Part shown: positions 49,385-62,584 of the stretch, one piece after another
Numbering within the stretch: the first letter of the stretch is position 1
Layout of the letters: every line of letters begins with the position of its first letter
Assembly (NCBI GenBank): GCA_038087875.1
Contig: CM075991.1
Span: forward strand, 9,240,001-9,304,000
Origin: Malacoraja senta
Lineage: Eukaryota
Direction of reading: 5' to 3'
Length of the DNA: 64,000 nt
The notes under the pieces: generated by a model
Told to the model about the DNA's origin: nothing
What the model saw: the letters and a program-made list of their open reading frames with translations, nothing else
The model's database searches: none
Made by a program: the position numbers and the translations under genes

Positions 49385-50020
49385 GGCTGGGTACCCAATT
49401 GAAGGAAGGATGTTGTTAAGCTGGAAAGGGCGCAGAGAAGATTCACGAGGATGTTGTCAGGACTCGAGGGCCTGAGCTATAGGGAGACGTTGAGCAGGCT
49501 GGGACTTTATACCTTGGAGCACAGCAGGCTGAGGGGTAATCTTATAGAGGTGTATAACATCATGAGGACAATAGATAAAGTGAATGCACAGAGACTTTTA
49601 CCAAAAGTAGGGGAATCAAGAAGACATGGGTTTAAGGAGACAGGGGGGAAAATGTAATAGGAACCTGTGGCAATGTTTTACACAAAGGGTGGTGGGTGTA
49701 TGGAACGAGCTGCCGGAGGAGGTAGCTGAGGCAGGTACTATCATAACATTTAAAAGACATATGGACATGTACATGCATAGGATAGATTTAAGGGCCTGTC
49801 CCACTTTCACGACCTAATTCATGACCTTTTTTACTCGTGGACATTTTTCATCATGCCCCGACCTACTTGATGCCACGAGTACCTACGACTAGCATCACGG
49901 CCTGCCACGAAGGATATTGATCAAATGTCAGCAGGTGAGACTAGTGAAGATGGGGCATATTGGTCAGCGTGGGCAAGTAGGGACAAAGGGCCTATTTCCA
50001 TGCTGTATGACCTTATGACT
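49385..50020 (+). mobile_element. CR1 3' region with partial MITE (49791-49910)
   Basis: GLEGLSYRETLSRLGLYTLE..; TTA + AGGGCCTGTCCCAC. Confidence 0.8.
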
Positions 50021-51420
50021 CTAGGATCCTGTGCCACATCGACTTTCTCATCAGTTCCTTTACCCCCTCACAGTTCTTACACAGAAAACTCCAATAATTG
50101 AGCAAGTGTGGAACCTTGGTGATGCCAGATCGATAGATATTCCAGATTTCAGGATGTTATCCCCAACACACTTTTGTTTGACATTTTCTGGATATTACAT
50201 AGTGTTAGGTTGTAGCGAATCCAAACTTTGTGATCAAACGGCTACTTTATTGGGTGAGATAAGTTTGACATACATGTGCGTTGGGACTCTCCAACATACT
50301 GAGTCATTGCTGCTGCTGCTGCTGCTGAGCGAGGGTGTTGACTCGAGCTCAACTACCTGTCGACTCGTGATCTCAAGGTAAGACCTGCTGATGTAGCAGG
50401 ACATGGCTTCACGTGACAGTCCTCGTAACCACTGACGAGAGTTCGACAGTAAATGGTCCGACCATCAGGTGACGCCACAATGTTATGATACATTTTCTAG
50501 AGAACCTGATAGATGTAAAGGGAATGCTGAAAACTGGGTCCTGGTCAGTTTATAGGGATTACAGGGACTGGGGCCGTTGCGTTTCAGCACTGGGTTTAAG
50601 GCACTCTAAGGTGAGAGTAAAGGGTGCCATGGTAAACATTACCTAGTTAGCCAGATGTGGAATCACTAGGTTCTCAAGATAGTCAGTGAACAGATTCCCA
50701 CTGTAATCACAGGCTCGTTTTCCAAGGTAGACAAAAGTGCTGGAGAAACTCAGCGGGTGCAGCAGCATCTATGGAGCGAAGGAAATAGGCAAAGTTTCGG
50801 GCCGAAACCCTTCTTCAGGCTTGTTTTCCATCTTGGTATTAAACATATTCAATACGTCGAGCATCTATACTTCTCCCAGGGTTGAGAAATTTGTCTCACC
50901 GTTATCCTGCAGCACTATGCCCCAGTAGTTCAGCTTTGCATATGTAGATGAGCGGCAGAATCTGGGAGGATTTTATGGGAATAAAGGAATGGAATTAATG
51001 TAACATCAGCATTTAGTTTAATTTCGTTTAGTTTAGTTTAGTTTAATGTCACCTGTACGGATGTACAGCGAAAAGCTTTTTTGTTGTCTGCTATCGAGTC
51101 AGCGGAAAGACTATATGTGATTACAGTCTGCAGTGTACAGACACAGGATAAAGGGAATAACGTATAGAGGAAATTAAGAAGGGCAGAGTTAAAGTATGAA
51201 ATGCTGCTGGTGGAGTAGAGATTTGAAAGTGAGGAGCGATTGTAATAGATGATTGTAGATCCACTATGAGACCAGCACGCAGAGAGTCTTGGCTTGGGTG
51301 CCATCGTACCATAATTTAAAAAATGGGTTGTTGATGGTCAGCATGGCCTCCATGGGCTGAAGGGCCTCTTTCTGCACTGTAAGTCTTTACAATCCTATGA
51401 CAGCCGCAAGCTAGCACAAG

Positions 51421-52040
51421 GCCATCATCTCCCAGAATGTTTCTGATCTCATCGCCTCTGGTGATCTCTCCTCCACAGCCTCCAACCTTATTGTTCCCCA
51501 GGCCCACGCTGCCCGCTTCCATCTCCTCCCCCTCAACACCAACCAGCCTCACGCTGCCCGCTTCCATCTCCTCCCCCTCAACACCAACCAGCCTCACGCT
51601 GCCCGCTTCCATCTCCTCCCCCTCAACACCAACCAGCCTCACGCTGCCCGCTTCCATCTCCTCCCCCTCAACACCAACCAGCCTCACGCTGCCCGCCTCC
51701 ATCTACCCCCCCTCAACACCAACCAGCCTCACGCTGCCCGCTTCCATCTACCCCCCCTCAACACCAACCAGCCTCACGCTGCCCGCTTCCATCTCCTCCC
51801 CCTCAACACCAACCAGCCTCACGCTGCCCGCCTCCATCTACCCCCCCTCAACACCAACCAGCCTCACGCTGCCCACTTCCATCTCCCCCCCCTCAACACC
51901 AACCAGCCTCACGCTGCCCGCTTCCATCTCCTCCCCCTCCACACAAAAAAGGAAGAAGGGTCTCGACCCGAAACATCACCTACCCATGTCCTCCAGAGAT
52001 GTGGCCTGACCTGCTGAGATACTCCAGCACTTTGTGTCTG
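51421..52040 (+). mobile_element. Penelope RT fragment + derived 45-bp minisatellite + PLE end
   Basis: Frame from 51421: AIISQNVSDLIASGDLSSTASNLIVPQAHAARFHLLP, resembling PLE ..PRTARFYLLPKIHK; PLE end from ~51952. Confidence 0.75.
51505..51939. repeat. 45-bp tandem repeat, ~9.7 copies
   Basis: Unit cacgctgcccgcttccatctcctccccctcaacaccaaccagcct. Confidence 0.95.
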
Positions 52041-52624
52041 TTTGTTAGTAAGCTGTTAGGTTGGTCCAAGGACAAGTTCTCAAGACCTGTTGCCTGAAGC
52101 CTTGCTTCCAACCATCCTCCTCTTTACCTTGCCCAATGACCATGACATACACAATCCTACATAGTCACAATGACAGTTGCGAACACAAGGGGCAAATGCT
52201 GTCTGCGGACCACACCAATCTATGGGAATCCCCCCTGGGTACTTTGGTGTGTGAAAGATTGCCGTGAAGCTTAATTGCTAATCTAATCAATGTCCCACTA
52301 ATCTGTATATCCTATAAACGGTAACAACTTAGAAAATGCTTCCGGCAATAATGGGGCAGATTTAACTCCTTGGCAAATTTTGGATTCTACTTAATAGCTA
52401 GTTAATAACATTTTTATTGTTTTATACATGGTATTACACAGAATGATGCCACCATGGAGGCCATTACGCAGATGTTGGATAATTAGTAGAACTGTCTAAC
52501 TAGTCCCCATTGCCCATTTTCTTCCAAAGTTCTTTCCGATCACAAATGTGAGACACAGACGGTAGTAAAGACGCAGGCGGGAGAATTTTATTTATTCTCT
52601 CATGCACTCACACTTCACCACACT

Positions 52625-53075
52625 TTACAAGGATGTTGCCAGCACCTGATGGTCCGATCTATCGAGAGAGGTTGAGCAGGCTGGGACTCGATTCCTTAGA
52701 GCGCTGGAAGGATGAGGGGTGATCTTATAGAGGTGTACAAAATCACGAGAGGAATAGATCAGGTGGACGCACAGATTCTCTTGCCCAGAGTGGTGGAATC
52801 GAGAAGCAGACGGCATAGGTTTAAGGTGAAGGGGGGTGGGGGGGGAACGATTTTATAGGATTCTGAGGGGTAACTTTTTCACGCAAAGGGTGGTGGGTGT
52901 ATGGAACGAGCTTCTGGATGATGTCGTTGAGGCAAGGTCTATTGCAATGTTTAGGAAGCAAGTTGACAGGTATTTGGATAGGACAGGTTTAATGGGATAT
53001 GGGCCAAACACAGGCAAGTGGGACTAGTGTAGATGGGACATGTTGATGGTCGGTGTGGGCAAGTTGGGCCAAAGG
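52625..53075 (+). mobile_element. CR1 3' region
   Basis: FFTQRVVGVWNEL..YLDRTGLMGYG. Confidence 0.8.
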
Positions 53076-53199
53076 ATCTGTATGCACACAATGACCAGCC
53101 ATCAGGCAGCTATTTACATGAATTCCATTTTTCATTCTCCCCACATTCTCATCAACCCTCCCTGGATTCTACCACTCACTTGCACACGAGGGACGAGTT

Positions 53200-53727
53200 A
53201 TAGACAACAGACAATAGACAATAGATGCAGGAGTAGGCCATTCGGCCCTTTGAGCCAGCACCGCCATTCAATCTGATCATGGCTGATCATCCCCAATCAG
53301 TACCCCGTTCCTGCCTTCTCCCCATATCCCCTGACTCCGCTATTTTAAGAGCCCTATCTAGCTCTCTCTTGAAAGCATCCAGAGAACCTGCCTTCACCGC
53401 CCTCTGAGGCAGAGAATTCCACAAACACAACTCTCTGTGAGAAAAAGTGTTTCCTCGTCTCCGTTCTAAATGGCTTACTCCTTATTCTTAAACTGTGGCC
53501 CCTGGTTCTGGACTCCCCCAACATCGGGAACATGTTTCCTGCCTCTAGCGTGTCCAAACCCTTAACAATCTTATATGTTTCAATGAGATTCCCTCTCATC
53601 CTTCTATACCCCGGAGTGTTTCAGTCCAGCCGCTCCATTCCCTCAGCATATGACAGTCCCGCCATCCCGGGAATTAACCTTGTAAACCTACGCTGCACTC
53701 CCTCAATAGCAAGAATGTCCTTCCTCA
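53200..53727 (-). mobile_element. CR1 3' region
   Basis: MRGNLIETYKIVKGLD..; (ctattgt)n tail. Confidence 0.85.
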
Positions 53728-53739
53728 AAATAGTTGCAG

Positions 53740-55632
53740 TGTTCAATTAATCTGCCGACCCACATGACTTTGAGAGAAAACAGGAGCACGCCGGGGAGGC
53801 CCACATTGTCACAGAGAGAATGTGCAAACTCCACACAGATCAGGATTGAACCTGGGTGACTGGCGCGGTGAGGCAACAGCTCTAATAGCTGAAGCAGGGT
53901 CCCAACCTGAAATGTTGCCTTTCCATGTACTCCTGGTATGCTGCGTTACTCCACTGAGCTAATCCAGCACTCTGTGGCTTCGTAGGTTACTTGGCCTCTG
54001 TAAATTTCCCCTGAACTGAGCAGAAAATAAATGGGATTCGCGTAGAATTAGTGTACATGGGAGCGCGATGATCAGTTTAGTGCAGTTGAGTTTTGAGATG
54101 CAGCATGGAAACTTTTGGCCCACTGTGGCTTCACTGACCAGCGGATCAACCATACACTAGTTCCGTCCTACACACCAGGGATAATTTACAGAGGCTAATT
54201 AACCTGCAAACCTGCACGTCTTTGGAATGTGGGAAGAAACCGGAGCATCCGGAGGGAAACCCACGCGGTCACAGGGAGAACGTACAAACTCCGCGAAACA
54301 GCACTCGTAGTCAGGATTGAACCTGGGTCTCCAGTGCTGTAAGGCAGCAGCTCTACCGCCATGCCACTGTGCTGCCCTTGTGCCGCTGTGCTGATCAATA
54401 TAGACTCAGTGGTCTAAGGGGCCTCATTTGTGCTGCCTGATTCAATGATCAGATTTTCGTTAACAATCTGGTGTCTAGCAAATTCTAATGTATGTCATGT
54501 TCCCAGTTGTCTGTGCCTGAATCACACTTGATGACTGAAACCTGTGCCTTACGTCATGTTTATTTTCAGACTGAAGCCATGTGCTGCCAAACAATACAAT
54601 GTGTGATTACTAAACAGAGCATAGTGAGTGCGCGCAGTACAATCGCTACAAATAGAATACTTGCATCTGTAATATTCCTTACATAATATAACGCGTCTTC
54701 AACTTGGCAAGAATTTTTTTTTGTCCTTCGCTTTAGTTTAGTGTAGTTTAGAGAAACAGCGCAAAAAACAGGCGCTTCAGCCCACCGAGTTCACGCCGTC
54801 CAGCGATTCCCCCCGTACACGACCAGCATTATGCTACACCCAAAACTGGAGCACCCGGGGAAACCCCACGCGGTCACGGGGAGAACGTGCAAACTCCGTA
54901 CAGACAGCACTCGTAGTCAGGATCGAAACCAGGTTTCAGGTGCTGTAAGGCGGCAACTCTACACTGTGCCGCCCCCATGGTCTAAAATCATTTAGCACAA
55001 ATCGTTTATATTAAAATTTGAACCACGTCAATACTTGTCACTCCTCTGAAAGCATCATTCACCGTCTTGCTCAAAGGGCCTTCTCTCTCCGTCACTCTCC
55101 GTAACCGGCGTGGGTTTTCTCCGGGATCTCCGGAGGTTTCCTCCCACACTCCAAAGATGTACAGGTTTGCCGGTTATTTGGCTTGGCATAATTGTAAATT
55201 GGACTTGCTGTGCGTAGAATAGTGTTAAAGCCCTGTCCCACGGTACAAGTTCATTCCAAGAGCTCTCCCGAGTTTTAAAAAAATCAAACTCGTGGTAAGC
55301 ACGGAGAATGAACGTAGCGGGTACGTCGGAGCTCGGGGACGTCTCTTAGCAGCTCGTAACGCTAACAGCGGGTACTCGGGAAGACTCGCTAATGGCAGGT
55401 AAGCACGGGATGACTCATGAAGATTTTTCAACATGTTGAAAAATGTCCACGAGAGCCCCGAGTACCGACGAGCGGCCATTACCGTAAATCTCCGAGTTCG
55501 AATCAGGGCAAACTCGGGAGAACTCTTGGAATGAACTCGTGGGACAGGGCTTTTAGTGTTGGGGCATGGCTGGTCGGCGCAGACTCGGTGGACCAAAGGG
55601 CCTGTTTCTGCTCTGTATCTCTAAGCTAAACT
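53740..55632. mobile_element. Cluster of about five V-SINE pieces, partly nested, with unique spacers
   Basis: 54075-54377 (-), 54732-54974 (-), 55105-55632 (+) and fragments. Confidence 0.7.
55228..55552. mobile_element. Harbinger-type MITE family A inside a V-SINE
   Basis: TIR AAGCCCTGTCCCAC; TTA TSD at 55225-55227 and 55553-55555. Confidence 0.85.
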
Positions 55633-56028
55633 ATACACAAAGGTAAACTCCTTTATTCAAAAGTGACGGGACAGAATACAGGAAACAACAGGCGTAGCGT
55701 CACTCATGGAGAAAATGTTCTAGGCTATTATTTAAGGCGTTATGGCTCGGCAGTTAGGGAAAAAAAGCAGAGTAATTAGGGAATGTCAATCTGGTTTTAT
55801 GAAAGGGAAATCATGTTTGACCATTTTATTGACATTCATTGAAGAAATTTAATGTGCTGCAGATAAAAGAGAATGATTGGATCAACCTCCCTTAGATTTT
55901 CAGAAGCCATTTCAGAAACAACTGCATTAAATGTTATTGCAGAATATGAAATTTCAACTATATGAGGTATAATATTGGCGTGGACAGAAGTTTGGCTGGC
56001 CAACAGAAAAAAGATTAGGCATACATGG

Positions 56029-56244
56029 AAGATAGACTCAAAATGCTGGGGTAACTCAGAGGGACAGGCAGCATCTCTGGAGAGAAGGAATGGGTGATGT
56101 TTCGGGTAGAGACCCTCCTTCAGACATTCGATCCGAAACATTACCCATTCCTTTTCTCCAGAGATGCTGCCTGTCCCGCTGAGTGACTCCAGCTTTTTGT
56201 GTCTATCTTCAGTTTAAACCAGCATCTGCAGTTCCTTCCTACAC
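56029..56244. mobile_element. PLE inverted unit inside a decayed CR1 RT fragment (55745-56320)
   Basis: TSD attaggcata(c/g)atgg at 56014-56028 and 56245-56259. Confidence 0.8.
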
Positions 56245-56334
56245 ATTAGGCATAGATGGGTATTTTTCTGGTTGGCAAAGTGTCACGAGGTATTTGCGGC
56301 AGGGATTGGTGCTGAAGACAGAGAAGATTTACTT

Positions 56335-56795
56335 CTTGGATGTTGCCAGGACTAGAGGGTCTGAGCTATAGGGAGAGGTTGAGTAGGCAGGGACTCTATT
56401 CCTTGGCGTGCAGGAGGATGGGTGACCTTATAGAGGTGGATAAAATCATGAGAGGAATAGATTGGCTGGATGCACAGTCTCTTGCCCAGAGTAGGTCAAT
56501 AGAGAACCAGAGCACATTGGTTTAAGGTGAAGGGGAAAAGATTTAATAGGAATCTGAGGGGTAACTTTTTCACACAAAGGGTAGTGGGTGTATGGAACAA
56601 GCTGCCAGAGGAGGTAGTTGAGGCTGGGACTAGCCCAATGTTTAAGAAACATTTAGACAGGTACATGGATAGGACTGGTTTGGAGGGATATGGGCCAAAT
56701 GCAGGCAGGTGGGACTAGTGTAGTTGGGACATGTTGGTGGCTGTGAGCAAGTTGGGTCGAGGGGCCTGTTTCTACAATGTTTAACTATGACTCTG
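56335..56795 (+). mobile_element. CR1 3' region
   Basis: KGKRFNRNLRGNFFTQRVVGVWNKLPEEVVEAG. Confidence 0.85.
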
Positions 56796-56886
56796 AGTGT
56801 ATAATAGTTCACTCCAAGTGACTCGAGGTATTCTGATGGCTTTGAACAACATTCGTGCCTTTTGAATATAAAGTTTGAGTTGAAGT

Positions 56887-57139
56887 TACACAAAAATGCT
56901 GGAGAAACTCAGCGGGTGCAGCAGCATCTATGGAGCGAAGGAAATAGGCAACGTTTCGGGCCGAAACCCTTCTTCAGACTGGAGGAAATAGGCAACGTTT
57001 CGGGCCGAAACCCTTCCGGGTTTCGGCCCGAAACTTTGCCTATTTCCTTCGCTCCATAGATGCTGCTGCACCCGCTGAGTTTCTCCAGCATTTTTGTGTA
57101 CCTTCGATTTTCCAGCATCTGCAGTTCCTTCTTTAACAC
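56887..57139. mobile_element. Young PLE inverted unit with duplicated hammerhead region
   Basis: 13-bp TSD tttgagttgaagt at 56874-56886 and 57140-57152; intact core at 56950-56977 (minus). Confidence 0.85.
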
Positions 57140-57699
57140 TTTGAGTTGAAGTAGTTGCCCTTGAATTTGCCATTGGCCTATTTAATTATCTTAATGTCAC
57201 TATTAATAATAATTATTACCTTTGATGAGTCCTCCACCATCAATATCATAGCTGTCAATCGTTAGCAGAACCAGCCACATAAATTAAAAAAATATAGACG
57301 CAAAGTGCTGGAGTAACTCAACGGGTCAGGCAGCATCTCTGGAGAAAAAGGATGGGTGACGTTTCGGGTCGGGATCCTTCTTCAGACAAATTCTCATCAT
57401 GTTACTATTATCCTTGATACGAAGAAATCAGGTAGGGGCATGAGTAGGCCACTCTCCAATTATAGACAATAGACAATAGGTGCTGGAGTAGGCCAATCGG
57501 CCCTTCAAGCCAGCATCGCCATTCAATGTGATCATGGCTGATCATCCACAATCAGTACCCCGTTCCTGCCTTCTCCCCCTATCCCTTGACTCTGCTATCT
57601 TGCTTTAAATCATGCTTTAGTTTAGTTTAAATTATAAATACAGCGTGGAGTCCACACCGACCATCGATCACCTGTACACAAGTTGGGAACCAGATGAAG

Positions 57700-58495
57700 T
57701 TGGGAAAAGATTTAATAGGAATCTGAGGGGTAACTTTGTCACGAGGGGAATAATGAGAGAAATCATGAGAGGAATAGATCGGGTAGATGCACAGAGTCTC
57801 TTGCCCAGAGTAGGTGAATCGAAGACCAGTGGACAATGGTTTAAGGTGAAGGGGAAAAGATTTAATAGGAATCTGAGGGGTCACTTTTTCACACGAAAGG
57901 TGGTGGGTGTATGGAACAGAGGATGTAGTTAAGGCTGGGACTATCCCAACATTTAAGAAACAGATAGACAGGTACATGTTTGGAGGGATATGGACCAAAC
58001 ATGGGCAGGTGGGACTATTGGGACATGTTGGCTGGTGTGGACAAGTTGGGGTGTAGGGCCTGTTTACACACTGTATCACTCTATGACTGTGACTCTGTGA
58101 CCCCTGTGTGTGAAAGAGGATGCAGAATCCGCATCAGTGTATAAAATCAACAGGGGAATACATAGGGTGAATTTAAAAGAGTCTCTTGCGCAGAGTAGGC
58201 GAACCAAGAACCAGGGGACATAGGTTCAAGGTGAGATGGAAAAGATTTGATAGGAACCTGTGGGGCAACTTTTTCACACAAGGAGTTGGTGGATGTATGG
58301 AACAAGCTGCTAGAGGAGGTCGTTGAGACCGGTACTATAACAACAGTTAAAAGACATTCGGACAGGTACATGGATCGGAAATTTAGAGGGATATGGGCCT
58401 AATGTGCGCAGGTAGGACTGGGGTAGATGGGACGTTGGCTGGCGTGGGCAAATTGGACCGAAGGGACTGTTTCCATGCTGTATGACTCTATGACT
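57700..58495 (+). mobile_element. Two tandem CR1 3' ends
   Basis: RVGESKT..KVKGKRFNRNLRG; ctatgact tails. Confidence 0.8.
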
Positions 58496-59397
58496 CATTG
58501 CACACTGGTGCTTACTGTACTAACTGGGGTGATTGGCCTTATGTACGGGAACAGCCTTGCTGGGCTGTATTTCACTGTGGTACACGTGGCAATAAAGAAA
58601 CCATTGACCATTGACTATATCCGAATGGTCAGGAAGCAGATTATCGGAGTTTTCATAGTACTCAGTCGTGAGGCCCTCAGGGTTGAATAGCCAGAAGCTC
58701 TGGAGAGGACGTTAATTTGTAAGCAACACTCAGAGGGTGAAGTGATATTGTTTCCGAGATCGTATCAATTAACATGGGGGTCACCGGTGCTGTGCCTATC
58801 CAGAACAGAGCAATTAGCCATTAGTTACAAGGGTGGCGCATTTAACACGCAACCAGCCATGTCAGTCGGCAGCAGCTCGGAAAATTACCCTGGTTATTTA
58901 AGGGATGCCAATTAACTGAAGAAAAACAAACAGAATGCAGGGGGACGAAAATGTAACAAGTACTGTGAAATAATCAGCGCTGTGTCACGTAGATTGTTTG
59001 GGAAGGTAGAGGAGGTTCCATCAAAGATAAATTGGCTGATGATTAAATCTTACAATAACAACACCAGGGTTCTGGTTGCCTTGGAAACAAGCCACTGTCA
59101 CACGCACTCAATCAAAATAATTTAGTCTGTGGGTGTGCAAATGAATGCAAAATGTCACCTTTTCAACTCGTCAGTGTAAAAGGCTAGCGTCAGGAATGGT
59201 TTTCTTCCTTTATTATCACTGCGCCCCCTTTATCAAGAGCTTCCCGTGTTTTGCAGGATTCTCTGGAACTTTTCAACTCCTTAGCACAGCACAGCAACGG
59301 TTTCCCTCTCCCGCGACTCTCAGTCGGAAGAGGGTTCTGGACCCGAAAAGGTCAGCCATTCCGTCTCTCCAGAGAGGCTGCCTGTCCCGCTGAGTAA

Positions 59398-59590
59398 AGG
59401 GCCTGTCCCACTTGGGCGTCATATGCGCGTCATTTATGTGACATCATTTACGCGTCACAACGCACGTGATGCGCGCATGGTGCGTGGTGACGTAGGCGGT
59501 CGCGCGCGGCCCCCCAGGATTTTGGGATGTACAAAATCTTCGCGCGCCATCTGCGTGACACGCAAATGACACCCTAGTGGGACAGGCTCT
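59398..59590. mobile_element. Harbinger-type MITE family B inside a PLE end
   Basis: TAA TSD at 59395-59397 and 59591-59593; host gag-TAA-ctccagc. Confidence 0.85.
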
Positions 59591-59911
59591 TAACTCCAGC
59601 TCTTTGTATCTACCTTCAGTCCATGCTAAAGATTGCACTTACCAGTGGTGTGTGTGAGTTGGCCGTGGCATAACCTCAGGGACTTTGTTTAGATTAATTC
59701 AGATACAGCATGAAAATAGGCCCTTCGGCCAACCGTGTCCGTCCAGTGATCGACATAAACTAGTCTGAAGAAGGTTCTCGACCCAAAACGTCACCTATTC
59801 CTTCGCTCCATAGATGCTGCCTCACCCGCTGAGTTTCTCCAGCAGTTTTGTCTGCCATAAACTAGCACTAACTTGCATACTCGGGGCAATGTACAATCTT
59901 TTGAGCAATTG

Positions 59912-60450
59912 GGAGCAGGTTTGGGCACCACATCTGAGGAAGGATGTGCTGGCTCTGGAGAGGGTCCAGAGGAGGTTCACAAGAATGATCCCAGGGATCA
60001 GGTTGACAGGATGAGCGTTTGACGGCACTGGGCCTGTACTCGCTGGAATTTAGAGATTGAGGGGGGACCTCATTGAAACGTACAGAATAGTGAAAGGCTT
60101 GGATAGAGTGGATGTGGAGAGGATGTTTCCACTAGTGGGAGAGTCTAGGACTGAGGTCATTGCCTCAGAATTAAAGGACGTTCTTTTAGGAAGGAGATGA
60201 GGAGGAATTTCTTTAGTCAGAGGGTGGTGAATCTGTGGAATTCTTTGCCACAGAAGGCTGTGGAGGCCAAGTCAGTGGATATATTTAAGGCAGGGATAGA
60301 TAGATTCTTGATTAATACAGGTGTCAGAAGTCATGGGGAGGAGGCAGGAGAATGGGGTTAGGAGAGAGAGATAGATCAGCCATGGCGGAGTAGACTTGAT
60401 GGGCCGAATGGCCAAATTCTACTCCGATCACATATGATCTTGTGATCTTA
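59912..60450 (+). mobile_element. CR1 3' region
   Basis: QVWAPHLRKDVLALERVQRRFTRMIPG.. Confidence 0.85.
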
Positions 60451-61388
60451 CTTCTGATGTTTACCAAAGCCTATTAACCTAAAAAACCTACACCTGTTTG
60501 GAATGCGGGAGGAAACCAGAGCACCCAGAGAAAACCCACACGGTCACAGGGAGAACGTACAAACTCCTTACAGACAGCACCCGTAGTCAGGATTGAACCC
60601 GGGTCTCTGGCGCTGTGAGGCAGCAACTCTACCGCTGCGGACAGTGCTGCCCTTGTTGTCCGCGCCCAGTCTAGCTATAGGTGACTCCTGGCCGCCTGCC
60701 CCTTGGGATTACTCCTTAACGCTCTCCTCAGTTCAGTCGCTGCTGGCGACGGGCGTTAAATGCGGGATTGCAGTGAGTCTGCCACTGAGCCACTACACTG
60801 CTCTTCATCCATCACTTCCCTCTGAACAACACTCTCCACTACCCGCCACTGAGGCTCTATCGCAGGGTGGGATATACGGTATACGATACGATAGAACTTT
60901 ATTTATTGGTCTGCCAACAGTCATAAAAACACAAAATACATGAAACAGGAATTAAAGTGATGAGTGGATCGGATTGGAGATGAGCAAAGATTGGGGGTGG
61001 AAGCAGGAAGAATCTTGTTGAAGTTTTTTGTGTAGAAGGCTTGAATGTTTAAATTGTTAACATGCAAGCAATAATCAGGTCAATGCAATCATGTCATGCC
61101 CTGGATTCAATTACTTGCTTGACTTGATAAACACATTTGGTGTCGGGAGACATTTCACGGTCGATGATTCGGTTGTGCCAATGTACTTTCATTTTATTCT
61201 CTACAGTCGTTCTGTGGTGGCATCATTTCTGCTCCCTGAAACACCCAGAGCCTAATCAGTGCTGTTAGATCTGTGGCATTTAGCTGGTTCTGTTGGATAC
61301 AGACAGCTATCAGCAGGTCACTTAACCTTTCCAGACATGGCCAGGTCCCCAGACAAGACTGACGATACTGGAGCCCAGCAACAACTTA

Positions 61389-61993
61389 AAGGCCTGTCTC
61401 ACGAGTCTGCGGTCATTGGCGGCGAAACGGGAAGAATCTGCCGCCATAGACCGCGCACTCGTGAGAACGTACAATTCCGGGGCCGTGCGGCGGTGTTCCC
61501 AACACCGCACGGTGCTAAAATAAAACGGACAATGTTGAAAACTATATACTTACCGCACAACCTCCACCAGTGATGCACGAGTGCGGCACGGCCGCCCGCA
61601 CGGGCCGCCGCCAGTGTGGCTCGAGCGCCGTGCGTCAAACCTCCATTGCCACAGCCTCCGCCAGTGAGGCATGTGCCTCCACCAGTGAGGCACGTGTGCG
61701 GCACGGCCGCAGGCACAGCCACAGCTACAGCGCCGCGATCAGGACGGCCGCCGCCACAGCCGCCGCTCATGAGTCACGTGCGGCGGGCCGACGTCATCGC
61801 AGTCGGCCCGCCCTTTTTTTTTACTTACCGCAAGCACGTGGGACCCGCCGTGTTTGAATTACTCGGCCCCCGCGCAGCATCCGTGCGGCGCTCCAGTGGA
61901 TAGGCTCGGCGCTCTCGCCGTTGCCGTGCGGTCCCCGCTACCGGCGACGCCGCGCTTCACCGCCGATGACCGCAAACAGGTAAGACAGAGCCT
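61389..61993. mobile_element. Harbinger-type MITE family D
   Basis: AAGGCCTGTCTCAC...GTAAGACAGAGCCT; TTA TSD at 61386-61388 and 61994-61996. Confidence 0.8.
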
Positions 61994-62480
61994 TTACTCA
62001 AAGATGAATACGTTGCAGTCACAATCGATACAAAATGCAACCCGGGTCAAGGGGACTAAAATGAGATTCCACCCAGCTTGTTACGGGGTGGAACATTTTC
62101 CCATCGCACGTGCTGTGAAATGAATTGTGAAATAGGTGGCAAGGTGGCGCAGCGGTAGAGTTGCTGCCTCACAGCGCCAGAGACCCGGGTTCCATCCTGA
62201 TTACGGGTGCTGTCTGTACGGAGTTTCTACCTTCTCCCCATGATCTGCGTGGATTTTCTCCATGAATGCATCTGCTTCTACCACCACCCCTGCCAGTGTG
62301 TTCGAGGCACTCACCATTCTGTCTAAATAACTTGCCCCACACAGCTCCTTAAAATGTTGCCCCTCATACCTTAAAGCTGGGATAAAAGTTCTGACTGTCT
62401 ACCGTGTCTATCCTCTCATCATTTTAGAAACTTTGATCAAGTCTCCCCTCAATTTGCAACGCTCTAGGGAAAACAATCCA

Positions 62481-62584
62481 AAACAAGAGTCTGAAGAAGG
62501 GTTTCGACCCGAAACGTTGCCTATTTCCTTCGCTCCATAGATGCTGCCTCACCCGCTGAGTTTCTCCAGCATTTTTGTCTATCT
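62481..62584 (+). mobile_element. Single-arm PLE end with hammerhead core (62491-62518)
   Basis: CTGAAGA-A-GGGT(TTCG)ACCC-GAAAC-GTT; TSD aaaacaatcca at 62470-62480 and 62585-62595. Confidence 0.75.

Noticed and set aside
51437..52009. 190-aa mucin-like ORF
   Set aside because: Alternate frame of a 45-bp minisatellite in a PLE relic
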